Shown: positions 9,991 to 27,905 of the stretch, in pieces
Position numbering within the stretch: the stretch's first letter is position 1
Layout: each line of letters begins with the position of its first letter
Sequence record: LC727695.1
DNA length: 64,000 nucleotides
Strand: one strand, 5' to 3'
The notes under the pieces: generated by a model
The model's database searches: none
Seen by the model: the letters and a program-made list of their open reading frames with translations, nothing else
Told to the model about the DNA's origin: nothing
Made by a program: the position numbers and the translations under genes

Positions 9991-11177
9991 GTTGTTAGTT
10001 CCTTACAAATAAACTTGATAACGTGATCACTTACAAATTTCAATGGACCAGAACAATTAGATTTCTCAATAGCGGTTTCAGTGTATGAAATTATTTGATT
10101 TCCACTTAAGGATAATGAATCAAATAATTCATAAGAGTTATTATTTTTATTCTTAAAGGATACTGCATATTGACTATTTTCACTATTGATGCAAAATAGG
10201 TTAATAGCTGGGATAGATACAGAGTTATCTGAAGTATGGCTATTTTCCGTAATATTCCAATTACTGTATACAGTGAAAATATTTGCAGCTAGTAAAAGGT
10301 TGGCATTAACCGTTTCTAAACTAACATACTCCACAGAAGTACCTTTATGCCAATATAGTTCAATTGGATTAACCCAAGTATACCCAATGGTTTTATAGAA
10401 GGCATGCATTACATATTCTCGCCAACGTGTGGGTTTCTTATTATCAGTTAAAACACACGTAATATTGCCTGACGGATAAATGTGGTGGATGCTACATGCA
10501 TTAATTTCATCTCTAACATTAGTTGTTTCAGTAATATTAGAATGATCCTGTTTGAATAGCCATTTTAAATGACTATTAGTTGTGTCATCACCTTCCCCAT
10601 TTGCAATGTCATTTTCTAACCACTTTTCAAATGTAGCTTGTCTATCAGGTGTTGGCATTCCCCAATAGGTAGCTAAAATGAAACGATAATAGTATCGAAT
10701 AATATCATCATCGTTAAGAATATTTTTATCCAGTTTCCAGTGATGTTGATACTCGTATACTTCGCTTGGAATATTATTTACTTGATACCATGTATTAATT
10801 AATACTTGAATTGTTAATTGCCGAATACTCTCACTTGTTAGAGTGTAATATTCCCTGCTATGCGGCTCTTCAATTGTCACTTCTTGATCAGTATAACCAA
10901 TGTATTTAGGTTTACCATCGATGAGTGCAAAATTAACATTCCATGATGTATCATTACTAAAAGTGATATTAATAAAACCTTGTTCAAAGCTAGGCTTCAC
11001 TACGAAACTGACATCATCCTTCTGATATGTCATTTGCGTTAGAATACCAAAATTAATTTTAGATGTAAATTCTTTATCGAAGTTATGTTTATAAAGTAAT
11101 CCTAGTAAACAATCAATTTTATTAATAGTGTGGTTTTCTAATAATAAATCAGTATTTGTAAGTTCATTAATTTTCAT
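9981..11177 (-). CDS. hypothetical protein (gp31 position)
   Basis: 398 aa, GAGG RBS, upstream TATATTAC early-type promoter. Confidence 0.75.
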   Translation of the reverse strand: MKINELTNTDLLLENHTINKIDCLLGLLYKHNFDKEFTSKINFGILTQMTYQKDDVSFVVKPSFEQGFINITFSNDTSWNVNFALIDGKPKYIGYTDQEVTIEEPHSREYYTLTSESIRQLTIQVLINTWYQVNNIPSEVYEYQHHWKLDKNILNDDDIIRYYYRFILATYWGMPTPDRQATFEKWLENDIANGEGDDTTNSHLKWLFKQDHSNITETTNVRDEINACSIHHIYPSGNITCVLTDNKKPTRWREYVMHAFYKTIGYTWVNPIELYWHKGTSVEYVSLETVNANLLLAANIFTVYSNWNITENSHTSDNSVSIPAINLFCINSENSQYAVSFKNKNNNSYELFDSLSLSGNQIISYTETAIEKSNCSGPLKFVSDHVIKFICKELTTCR

Positions 11178-11230
11178 TTTAACCTCTCTAAAATTTACAA
11201 TCTAGTTTTACTTATTGAATAAGCAAACAT

Positions 11231-11250
11231 GTAATATATATCTTAATTAT
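11231..11250 (-). promoter_or_regulatory. early (vRNAP) promoter core
   Basis: GTAATATA on + equals TATATTAC on -, the phiKZ early consensus. Confidence 0.6.
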
Positions 11251-11304
11251 TTTTTAGCATAGTTTTTAACAACATAAAGCCTCCCCGAAGGGAGGCGATA
11301 TGCT

Positions 11305-11486
11305 TTAGCTTTTTTGGTTAGTACCGACAGTCTGCTCATTCTTTTCAGTTTGAGCATTTCGCCGAAGTTGACTAACCAGACCATTGTCAGCCGCAACTAC
11401 ATCGGGAGAAAAGAATGCATTGATATCAAAGTTCTGATCTTGGTTGCGAGTCTTCCCAGGTGGGACCATCGGATATACTTTTGCCA

Positions 11487-11487
<1 letters not shown>
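11305..11487 (-). CDS. small protein translationally coupled to the tail tube gene
   Basis: TAATG stop/start overlap at 11487; stop immediately before terminator 11279-11296. Confidence 0.65.
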
Positions 11488-12371
<884 letters not shown>

Positions 12372-12399
12372 ACTTTTCCTCATTCTGAAAGCCACCCAC

Positions 12400-14490
<2,091 letters not shown>

Positions 14491-14614
14491 TTAATTCTCC
14501 CAAGTTGGAGCTTTGAACTCGATGTTATGAGTGTTAACTAACAGTCAATCATAGATATTAATCATAGTTGACCATACTAGTTATTTTTTACTATCCATTT
14601 AAGGAGTAGCGGTA

Positions 14615-19945
<5,331 letters not shown>

Positions 19946-19952
19946 ATATACT

Positions 19953-19977
19953 GCCCCCTAGGAATCACCTAGGGGGC
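19953..19977 (+). terminator. intrinsic terminator
   Basis: GCCCCCTAGG-AATCA-CCTAGGGGGC then TTT. Confidence 0.85.
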
Positions 19978-20084
19978 TTTATAACGTCTTTTAACACATT
20001 ATCCATATGAGACTATACTTTACAATTGCCGTTCAATACGGCTTTATTATGGCACATTAAAATAAGTACCTTAAAGGGCAGTGT

Positions 20085-22238
20085 ATGGACGTTATACTTT
20101 TCAATAGTGATTGGGATAAATACTACAGCGCTAGTGTTGATCTTACTACTAAAAATAAATCTTTTATAAAGTTAGCCTTGACTTATAAAAAGATGGGTAT
20201 TAAAAATTACAAATTTATACTAGCTATATTGGACCAAGGTTTAATTGGGGTGGATCCATATGACCCTAATCTTAGCGAAGAAATGAAGTTCCGTATTAAC
20301 ATGGAATGCAAATATAATCCTTGGTATTTTTTTAGGGAAGTGGCAAGAATCCCCCCTAACTCGGGTAATAACCCAATTCCATTCCAAGCTAACCGTGGTA
20401 ATATTGCTTTATTCTGGTGTTATTTCAATCACGTAGATTTTGGTTTATTACAGCCTCGTCAGACAGGTAAGTCCGTATCAACTGACGTGCTCAATACAGG
20501 CATGATGTATATCTGGGGTGAGAACACTAAGATTAATCTTATTACTAAAGATAACAAACTACGTAATGCTAACATCGAGCGTCTAAAAGTAATGCGTGAT
20601 TTGTTACCAGAGTATATCCACTATACTGATCCATTAGATGCGGATAACTCCGAATTGATGACATGTATTAGATTAGGTAATAGGTATCTAACAGCTGTTG
20701 GTCGAAATGATGTTAACGCAGCTGATAAATTAGGTCGTGGTCTTACTGTACCAAATATGCACTTTGACGAACTTGCATATATTAACTTAATTGGTGTTTC
20801 ACTACCTGTTGCACTTGCGTCAGGTTCAGCAGCTCGTGATGAAGCTCGCCGTGAGAACCAGCCTTATGGTAACATCTATACAACTACAGCTGGTAACATC
20901 ACTACCCGTGATGGTGAATTTGCATATCACTTCTTAACAGGTGGCTGCCCATGGTCAGAGGAATTCTTTGATCTACCAGATCAGAAAACTCTACATCGTG
21001 TTGTAGAAAAAGGCACTACTGGAAAGAAACCTCTAGTTTATGGTGCATTTAACCACCGTCAATTAGGACGTACCGATGAGTGGTTATATAACACACTTCG
21101 TGAATCAGGTTCATTCGGTGAAATTGCCGATAGGGACTTCTTCAATATTTGGACAGTTGGTGGTGAAGGTTCACCCTTATCATCAGATGAGAAAGATAAA
21201 CTTAAAAACAATATGCGTGAGCCAAGCTGGACAGAAATCACGGATGATGGTTACACACTTCGTTGGTATATACCAAAAGAAGAAGTAGCCTCACGGATGA
21301 TGAAAGGTAGGTTCGTTATGGGTACCGACCCATCTGAACTTCTTGGTGAAGATAATGACGCCACCGGCACAGTTGTAGTTGACGTAGAAACACATGAGGT
21401 TATGTGTGTTGGTAGATACAATGAATCATCAGTGCCATCAATGGGTAATTTCTTTGCAACAATGCTATTGAGATATCCTAATATTCTTTGGATACCAGAA
21501 CGTAAATCAATAGGTATATCGTTAATTGACCATGTTATCTTGATTCTACATACTAAAGGAGTAGATCCATTCCGGCGTATCTTTAACAGAATTGTCAATG
21601 AATCATCAGAAAGAGAAAATGATTTCAGAGACATTCAAACTCCGTTATCAGCAAGACAACCATCGTTCTATGATAGGTTTAAACGTTATTTTGGCTATGC
21701 AACGTCAGGTACTGGCGAGTATTCTCGTGATAATCTATTTAAGGTGGCATTACCATCAGCAATGCATTATGGGGTAAGGACCATCTATGATAAACCACTT
21801 AGCACGGAGTTATTAGCACTTACTATCCGTAATGGTAGAATTGACCATGCTAAGGGGAACCATGATGACTTAGTGGTATCATTATTATTAGCCCATTGGT
21901 TATTAATACAAGGTAAGAATTTATCTTATTATGGTATCAATGTTCCCATCTTAGGTAAATCAAAATTACGTGATAAAGAACCAAGTCAACTTGAAAAATA
22001 TCATGAAGAGAAAGAACAGCAAGGTCGCAAAGAATTTGAAGAGATAATTGAGCAGCTTCGCGGTGAAAAGAACCCGATGATTGCAGCTAAATTAGAAATG
22101 CGTTTGAAACAATTGTCTAAACGTGTTAATATTGATGATAGCAGTGGTGTAGGTATTGATGCCATGTTAAATCAAGCTCGTACAGAGCGTACACGTAGAG
22201 TGCGTATTAACAGATATTCTAGAAATAGTTGGTATTAA
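20085..22238 (+). CDS. terL: terminase large subunit (gp25-like)
   Basis: Walker A PRQTGKS, Walker B HFDE, nuclease GTD...D and HDDLV; 717 aa. Confidence 0.95.
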   Translation: MDVILFNSDWDKYYSASVDLTTKNKSFIKLALTYKKMGIKNYKFILAILDQGLIGVDPYDPNLSEEMKFRINMECKYNPWYFFREVARIPPNSGNNPIPFQANRGNIALFWCYFNHVDFGLLQPRQTGKSVSTDVLNTGMMYIWGENTKINLITKDNKLRNANIERLKVMRDLLPEYIHYTDPLDADNSELMTCIRLGNRYLTAVGRNDVNAADKLGRGLTVPNMHFDELAYINLIGVSLPVALASGSAARDEARRENQPYGNIYTTTAGNITTRDGEFAYHFLTGGCPWSEEFFDLPDQKTLHRVVEKGTTGKKPLVYGAFNHRQLGRTDEWLYNTLRESGSFGEIADRDFFNIWTVGGEGSPLSSDEKDKLKNNMREPSWTEITDDGYTLRWYIPKEEVASRMMKGRFVMGTDPSELLGEDNDATGTVVVDVETHEVMCVGRYNESSVPSMGNFFATMLLRYPNILWIPERKSIGISLIDHVILILHTKGVDPFRRIFNRIVNESSERENDFRDIQTPLSARQPSFYDRFKRYFGYATSGTGEYSRDNLFKVALPSAMHYGVRTIYDKPLSTELLALTIRNGRIDHAKGNHDDLVVSLLLAHWLLIQGKNLSYYGINVPILGKSKLRDKEPSQLEKYHEEKEQQGRKEFEEIIEQLRGEKNPMIAAKLEMRLKQLSKRVNIDDSSGVGIDAMLNQARTERTRRVRINRYSRNSWY

Positions 22239-22260
22239 ACAAAAAAAAATAATAATACGT

Positions 22261-22285
22261 TACCCTCTTCGCAATGAAGAGGGTA
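22261..22285. terminator. bidirectional terminator
   Basis: TACCCTCTTC-GCAAT-GAAGAGGGTA between convergent genes. Confidence 0.85.
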
Positions 22286-22292
22286 TTTGAAG

Positions 22293-22559
22293 TTAAGCAA
22301 CTCTAGCGAACAAAAGATTACTGGAGTTAGAATTAATATGATAGTTAGACGATCCGTCAATCCATTTAGCATCGGAAATCTTGTTTACAAGCTGACCATC
22401 GCCAATGTAACCTAGGAAAGTTTTATTATCATATACAGCAATTTTGATTAGCTCATTTCGTCCGTAGACTAGTGGCTTACCATTGAATGCTGTTACTTCT
22501 AAACCAGACATGTATCCATAAATTGGATCAGGTCTGGAACTTGTTTCAAAGACTTTCAT
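22293..22559 (-). CDS. hypothetical protein
   Basis: probable start MKVFETS after GAGGAG (ORF track opens at 22577). Confidence 0.65.
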   Translation of the reverse strand: MKVFETSSRPDPIYGYMSGLEVTAFNGKPLVYGRNELIKIAVYDNKTFLGYIGDGQLVNKISDAKWIDGSSNYHINSNSSNLLFARVA

Positions 22560-22624
22560 TCGAAGTCTCCTCTGCAAGAAAGCCCATTTTGGGCAAAAAT
22601 GTCAAGCTTAAACTTGACGACATA

Positions 22625-22652
22625 TAGCCCTCCTGTTGCACCAGGAGGGCTA
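22625..22652. terminator. strong hairpin/terminator
   Basis: TAGCCCTCCTG-TTGCAC-CAGGAGGGCTA. Confidence 0.8.
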
Positions 22653-22842
22653 ATCTTTTCAGAACGTACGGTGTTGTTATAATATTACTAGCGAAAATAC
22701 CCATGATGGGTAAGTAGCTAATCCGCAGTTCTCTTGGATGATACCTACTGACAGTGTAGTCGCGAATGCGCTGTTTGGAACCCCACTGGTTTAGCGGCCA
22801 GTGGGAATTCCTTTTATGCCGTCTCGACCTTCTTTACTGAGT

Positions 22843-23058
22843 TTAGGAAAAATTGAAAACGATTTCATTATCATGCCATTCCCAGGTGGCCACAATGATA
22901 GATTCATCACTCCGCTTCAACAGCTTACCCTGACCAAGTACATGTTGGTCGATCCACGTCAGTGGTCGACCTTCTTGTTCGGCCAATGCATTTAATACGG
23001 CTCCATAAGTACCAGCCTTATAATTACCATAAGGACCATTATACATTTTCATTGACAT
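22843..23058 (-). CDS. hypothetical early protein
   Basis: 71 aa, AAGGA RBS. Confidence 0.65.
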   Translation of the reverse strand: MSMKMYNGPYGNYKAGTYGAVLNALAEQEGRPLTWIDQHVLGQGKLLKRSDESIIVATWEWHDNEIVFNFS

Positions 23059-23135
23059 GAGTTAATTTCCTTTAACAGCTACAAATGGTCTTGTTACTGA
23101 ACTCGAAGATTGAATGCATCTTGTCCATGATGACC

Positions 23136-23471
23136 TCAGATATTTACCATGTTCATGAATTCGGCGTAGTTATAGCCAGTATTCATGTCGAGGTAGTCTT
23201 GTTCGACCATGTCGTCATTCAGGTACTTGACGTAAGCCTCGGCGTGAGCAGTGGCTACCGACTTGGTGAAGAAGTAACGAGCGTGTTGACGGTTCTGTTC
23301 GAATCGACGCAGATTAGTAGTGGCCTGACCGCCGAAACCATTGACCTCCATTACCCCGTAAACAGTACGATCATCCAAAGTAGTGATCTGTGCAATCACT
23401 ACACGAGAAGCATTTTCCGAATGGTCGATGAACGTCATACTGTAAATCTCGATTTCTTTGAAGTCTTCCAT
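23136..23471 (-). CDS. hypothetical early protein
   Basis: 111 aa, AGGA RBS, host-like codon usage. Confidence 0.7.
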   Translation of the reverse strand: MEDFKEIEIYSMTFIDHSENASRVVIAQITTLDDRTVYGVMEVNGFGGQATTNLRRFEQNRQHARYFFTKSVATAHAEAYVKYLNDDMVEQDYLDMNTGYNYAEFMNMVNI

Positions 23472-23617
23472 TAGAATTTCCTGTTAAGAAATGAATAGAC
23501 AATCCCTACCCGAAGGGAGGGGCCTTATATCGTTACTTGCTGTGAAGATTTTTCTCGCGTACAGCGTCTGTTAACTGACGTGGCGGGTTGAGTTGATCTG
23601 ACAGGAGCTTCCGGAGG

Positions 23618-23875
23618 TTATCCAGACCGATTACTTTCTTCTTGGATATTGAGATTATTCTCTTTAAGTAATTTGTTGAGGTGGTATTTAACCTCCACCC
23701 ATTCTAACCTACCCACGTCAATCCACTTCCGATAACCAGGAGCAGCAGGTTTGAGGACCTGGGTTTTCCAGCGCTGAAATCGGAAGTTGCCGACACGGAT
23801 ATCGGTGCTCTCAACAAAGCGAGGTGGGAGTATACCGAGGTCAGTCAGTATCCCTCGTAGCTTGTCAGAGTTCAT
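23618..23875 (-). CDS. hypothetical early protein, possibly frameshifted (continuation to 23533)
   Basis: 85 aa; TGATG coupling to the upstream gene; see finding. Confidence 0.6.
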   Translation of the reverse strand: MNSDKLRGILTDLGILPPRFVESTDIRVGNFRFQRWKTQVLKPAAPGYRKWIDVGRLEWVEVKYHLNKLLKENNLNIQEESNRSG

Positions 23876-24015
23876 CAGTAAGAACGCCTTGAGTTTCGAA
23901 CACCGAAATGATCGATCATTCGTTGGAACAACTTGCCAAACGAGAACTTTTCATACTCGCAGTCGATATGGAGGACATCAACGGTGTCCACCGGTGGATT
24001 ATAACTACTGCTCAT
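23875..24015 (-). CDS. small hypothetical protein (46 aa)
   Basis: start MSSSYNPP after AGGAG; coupled on both sides. Confidence 0.6.
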   Translation of the reverse strand: MSSSYNPPVDTVDVLHIDCEYEKFSFGKLFQRMIDHFGVRNSRRSY

Positions 24016-24343
24016 TGGCCATCTCCTTACGTTTGTTTTTGGCCCAGTTCTTTTCATAATCGGAACGGATGAACTTAGCGCCGGCGGCATTTAGCCAGTA
24101 ACGCTCCCCTTTGAAATAACGTTCTCGTTTAGCACGGGTCAAGCGAAGAGGATCGAACATATCTTGTTCCTGACACATGAATCGATTACGCAAGAAGCAG
24201 TTATCATTCAGGATTCGAACCGAGTACAGTTGACCAAGCCGGCAGTTAGCCAACTCAGCTTTCTCGGTACGTAGCCGAGTTTCGTATTTCTTTGCATCTT
24301 CGTGATGATTGCGAGGATGTTTCTTTCCAAGTTTCCTAGACAT
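24005..24343 (-). CDS. basic hypothetical protein
   Basis: 112 aa, Lys/Arg-rich, AGGA RBS. Confidence 0.65.
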   Translation of the reverse strand: MSRKLGKKHPRNHHEDAKKYETRLRTEKAELANCRLGQLYSVRILNDNCFLRNRFMCQEQDMFDPLRLTRAKRERYFKGERYWLNAAGAKFIRSDYEKNWAKNKRKEMANEQ

Positions 24344-24354
24344 TATGTTTTTTC

Positions 24355-24660
24355 CTATTCTGTTGTTTTACGAAAAATCTTATCATGGAACGTCATTGCC
24401 AACACGACGCCTATCGAACCACCTAGACCGCTGGATATGATAGCAGGAAGACCCACTATTACAAATAGTCCAATGGTGGTCAACTCAAGGGTACTGATAC
24501 CCCATGAGGTGAAGAAAGCAGCTTTTTTGTACCCATGAAAGATGTTTCTTTGTTGAAAGGTTTTTACAAAGGCATAGATGAATGATGTAGCTGTACTTAA
24601 CAGTAGTAATATCCAGATAGGTAGATCATGATTAATGTTAATCACTTCTCTTGTTCCCAC
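24355..24660 (-). CDS. small multi-pass membrane protein
   Basis: three to four hydrophobic helices, KTFQQRN motif. Confidence 0.7.
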   Translation of the reverse strand: MGTREVININHDLPIWILLLLSTATSFIYAFVKTFQQRNIFHGYKKAAFFTSWGISTLELTTIGLFVIVGLPAIISSGLGGSIGVVLAMTFHDKIFRKTTE

Positions 24661-24710
24661 ACGGTGGGCTCACATTTAGTATGTTGGACATTATGAATAT
24701 CTTCCAGTTG

Positions 24711-24998
24711 TTAGATATTGTGTTCCTTCGTATCGATGGCCGCCAGCGCCACGATTTCGACATGATAAGGATGATCCACATTATGGCTGATACATGCCTC
24801 GCATTTGAAGATACGCCACATTCCATACGAAGGTAGTTCACGGTTTTTCAAATAAGCATAATCGTGAGCGGCCGCAAGATATTTTTGTTGGATGGAAAAC
24901 TCACAAGTAATGTAACCTTTCTCACGAATGAATTCTTGAGTCATCTGATCAAAAGTCTGTTTGAGTTCATCAGTAAGAGCGACTTGGGTTTCGAACAT
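24711..24998 (-). CDS. hypothetical early protein
   Basis: 95 aa, AAGGA RBS. Confidence 0.7.
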   Translation of the reverse strand: MFETQVALTDELKQTFDQMTQEFIREKGYITCEFSIQQKYLAAAHDYAYLKNRELPSYGMWRIFKCEACISHNVDHPYHVEIVALAAIDTKEHNI

Positions 24999-25055
24999 TG
25001 AAATATTCCTTTTGATATATTAAATAGTTTTGATTATTTCGGAGTTATTGAATAT

Positions 25056-25274
25056 TTAGGTTACCATCTGCTCTATATAGACTCGGCTGATTTCATTTAA
25101 GTAAGCGAGTGCCAATAGAATACCAGCCCAAATAACAATTTTTCGAGTAGTCTGTTTTTCTATTACATCTGGGTGTGATTCACGAATACTACGGTGACAA
25201 AATACATAAAACAGACATAGACTCATTGTAACAAAGATAATGGTAAACCATCCCAGATAGATCATTTTCTTCAC
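25056..25274 (-). CDS. small two-TM membrane protein
   Basis: two hydrophobic helices in 72 aa. Confidence 0.7.
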   Translation of the reverse strand: MKKMIYLGWFTIIFVTMSLCLFYVFCHRSIRESHPDVIEKQTTRKIVIWAGILLALAYLNEISRVYIEQMVT

Positions 25275-25294
25275 CTATTTTTTATAAATAGAGT

Positions 25295-25624
25295 TTATAG
25301 TTTAGTTAGGCGGATGATTTCTTCTAAAGCTGCATCAACTTGATAATACGGCCATGAATCAACACGAGGTTCGTTATCAAAGTATGTCCAAAGTTGAATA
25401 CCTTGGAGTTTATTGTAGAATACATTGATTCTGATTCCTTCATGGCCAACAAGACCTTCAATGTAAGCTGCACCATGCACATACGTAACATGTAGTGCGT
25501 ACTCGCTATCTTCACCAATGTATTGTATAGGTCTGGAGTAGATGAAGGAATATGGATTAAATGGATCAGCCTGAGTGATATGTTCGAAGAATTCTTTCAA
25601 ACTAGATTTTTTCATATTGGACAT
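25295..25624 (-). CDS. hypothetical protein
   Basis: 109 aa, GAGGA RBS. Confidence 0.7.
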   Translation of the reverse strand: MSNMKKSSLKEFFEHITQADPFNPYSFIYSRPIQYIGEDSEYALHVTYVHGAAYIEGLVGHEGIRINVFYNKLQGIQLWTYFDNEPRVDSWPYYQVDAALEEIIRLTKL

Positions 25625-25686
25625 TATATTTTCCTCATGATTTATTAAGTATACCTCCTAGAAGATAGACTTAATACTATTCGATG

Positions 25687-26079
25687 TTATTTTAAGACAC
25701 CTGCCTTGTAACCTTTAACAACAGTTCTAGCTTCTAATGCACTGATTTCGCCAATGTGTTTACGCAGTGCTTTAATAGCGTTGATGGTAGGTTCATTATC
25801 CGCGATATGTCGCCAGTTTCCCTTACCCTTAATGAGTTCAACATCCTGGACATATGGACCATCTTTAACTAGATCCATTGTTTCTACCAACTTTTCGACT
25901 TCTTTAGTTAGATGCGTATGAAGACTGGCGAGGGACATGTCAGTCATTTGATGCACATCATAGAGAAAATCCCTATTATCAGAAGACGATAAAATTTCTT
26001 TGGTGAGTTTATTTACAGTGTCAATGTTTGCTGCAATTGAAACTAGCAGTGCAGCATATTTCTCTGCATTATAATTCAT
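25687..26079 (-). CDS. protein with a ribosomal L7/L12 CTD-like C-terminus
   Basis: TINAIKALRKHIGEISALEARTVV resembles the bL12 motif KI.AIK.VR..TG.LGL.EAK..V. Confidence 0.5.
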   Translation of the reverse strand: MNYNAEKYAALLVSIAANIDTVNKLTKEILSSSDNRDFLYDVHQMTDMSLASLHTHLTKEVEKLVETMDLVKDGPYVQDVELIKGKGNWRHIADNEPTINAIKALRKHIGEISALEARTVVKGYKAGVLK

Positions 26080-26107
26080 TAATACGTATTCCTATTTAAA
26101 ATTGGAT

Positions 26108-26251
26108 TTAGTGTAATGCGGTAATACTGCGAATATCTAATTCATGTAAATCATATTTCTTTAGGAACTCATTCACCGCTTGCTGAATGGTGTACCCACT
26201 CGGAGATTCCCACTGAGTACCATTAAAAGCAATAATACGATAACCTACCAT
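26108..26251 (-). CDS. small protein (47 aa) missed by the ORF track
   Basis: GAGGA RBS; MVGYRIIAFNGTQWESPSGY...ITALH*. Confidence 0.65.
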   Translation of the reverse strand: MVGYRIIAFNGTQWESPSGYTIQQAVNEFLKKYDLHELDIRSITALH

Positions 26252-26278
26252 TTTTTATTCCTCTAATCACAAAATAAA

Positions 26279-26298
26279 TACCCTCCCGAAGGAGGGTA
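26279..26298 (-). terminator. intrinsic terminator
   Basis: TACCCTCC-CGAA-GGAGGGTA. Confidence 0.85.
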
Positions 26299-26307
26299 TT
26301 TATATCG

Positions 26308-26787
26308 TTACCAATTGATTACAGCGACAAACTCAAATACCCGACACAATTCTTTATCACGATGGGCATGATGAAAAGATTTACCTTCAATACCGCAATA
26401 CGGATAAAACAATTTTCGGTGTTCCGTGTCGCCGAACCAGAAGGTGGTGTTATTGGAATCAACCACACCATGGATAGCCACATCACGAATGTACTGAAAT
26501 ACATGAACTGCCTTATCAGTGATCACTCGAAGTTCTACACCGTGTTCCTTCATCATAGCCAGGATGTCTTCCTTGGTGTAATCTGCTTGTTCAGCATTGG
26601 TCATGATCTTGTGAGTCAGAGAACGCTTTTCCTTGTCACCGAAACAGATACAGACCAATTGCACCAACTGACCTTCTACCTTGAGACCACTGGTCGGTTT
26701 TAGTAGAACGAACTCATCATATTTGTAATCATTGGTGACAATCAGTGCCGACTTATTGCGAGTGACAATGCCTAGGTTATACGACAT
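26308..26787 (-). CDS. hypothetical early protein
   Basis: 159 aa, GAGGA RBS. Confidence 0.75.
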   Translation of the reverse strand: MSYNLGIVTRNKSALIVTNDYKYDEFVLLKPTSGLKVEGQLVQLVCICFGDKEKRSLTHKIMTNAEQADYTKEDILAMMKEHGVELRVITDKAVHVFQYIRDVAIHGVVDSNNTTFWFGDTEHRKLFYPYCGIEGKSFHHAHRDKELCRVFEFVAVINW

Positions 26788-26799
26788 AATTAATCTTCC

Positions 26800-27801
26800 T
26801 CATTTTAGAATATGTTGAACCTTGTGGATGTCTTCCAGGCTATGACCAAGACCAGTGGCTTTGTAAGAATGTTCCTGATCAACACGCTTGTGATATGCAA
26901 GCAGTGCATCTACTGGATGTTCAGCGAAGAAGTATTCAGTGTTGTTGCAGTCCCAAGCGAACTCCCATTCACCATCACGAATCTCTATTTTGTTAGCACT
27001 GAGGTAAGTGATATTGATGGTATTTACAGTGGCATTACCACCAATGAGGTAGTACGATCCTTCATTGCTACGAACATCGATCCTGCCGCCATCGATAGTA
27101 TCCTGATAGTAGAAACCACGGTCGAAGAATAACTTCAGCATCGAAGTGAAGTAGCTGTTCAATACAGCTTGAGCATCTTTCTCTTCGACCACCCATTTTC
27201 CATCAACGATGTTATTCAGGTAATTACGATCATGATTGATCCCGACATTATCCACGATGTCAGCGTAGTTCTTATGGAACTTAGCAATCTCGTACAAACG
27301 TTCCAGAGCAGCAAAACGGAAAGGGCTGGTGGGATGCAGAGCCAGAATGATCCGACCTACGCTCCACAAACCGGTCCCGTTGACCTCGTAACTTTCTTCG
27401 AGGTAACCTTTGATACCACAGTTAACTTCAAGTTCATCTGCTGGGAAACCGGTGCGGAGCCGCCTACGGATAGCCAATAGTACCGATTCGGATTCTTCCG
27501 GATCGAACAGGTCTATGCCGAAAGTAATCCAGCTACCACGTACTTTGTGCTGGTATGCCAGGCGTACAGTATCACCAAATGGAGAAATGAACCAGCGTTC
27601 GTCTTCCGATACGACCAAATGGCAACCACATTGCCACAGGGTACTTAGAGGATCGTTAGAGGCGAGAATGCGCTTGGTGTCGTTCATATCCGACGAAGTA
27701 GCATCTGGACTGCCATGTAGGTGTGTCAGAATAAACAGAAGCGATGATTCTGTAGTTTGAGCACTCAACATTGCGCGAGTGATGGTTGCATTGATGATCA
27801 T
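26800..27801 (-). CDS. hypothetical early protein
   Basis: 333 aa, AAAGGA RBS, raised GC. Confidence 0.8.
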   Translation of the reverse strand: MIINATITRAMLSAQTTESSLLFILTHLHGSPDATSSDMNDTKRILASNDPLSTLWQCGCHLVVSEDERWFISPFGDTVRLAYQHKVRGSWITFGIDLFDPEESESVLLAIRRRLRTGFPADELEVNCGIKGYLEESYEVNGTGLWSVGRIILALHPTSPFRFAALERLYEIAKFHKNYADIVDNVGINHDRNYLNNIVDGKWVVEEKDAQAVLNSYFTSMLKLFFDRGFYYQDTIDGGRIDVRSNEGSYYLIGGNATVNTINITYLSANKIEIRDGEWEFAWDCNNTEYFFAEHPVDALLAYHKRVDQEHSYKATGLGHSLEDIHKVQHILK

Positions 27802-27872
27802 GAGATATCTTCCTTTTTACAGTTTATGAATATATTGCTAAATAAAAAAATATTACGATGTAGAAAATAAAA

Positions 27873-27890
27873 GGGAGTCCGAAGACTCCC
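27873..27890 (-). terminator. intrinsic terminator
   Basis: GGGAGTC-CGAA-GACTCCC plus T-run on minus. Confidence 0.85.
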
Positions 27891-27905
27891 ATTATTGCGT
27901 GTAAT

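Noticed and set aside
24638-24841. 67-aa minus and 61-aa plus ORFs
   Set aside because: Overlap the better supported 24711-24998 gene.
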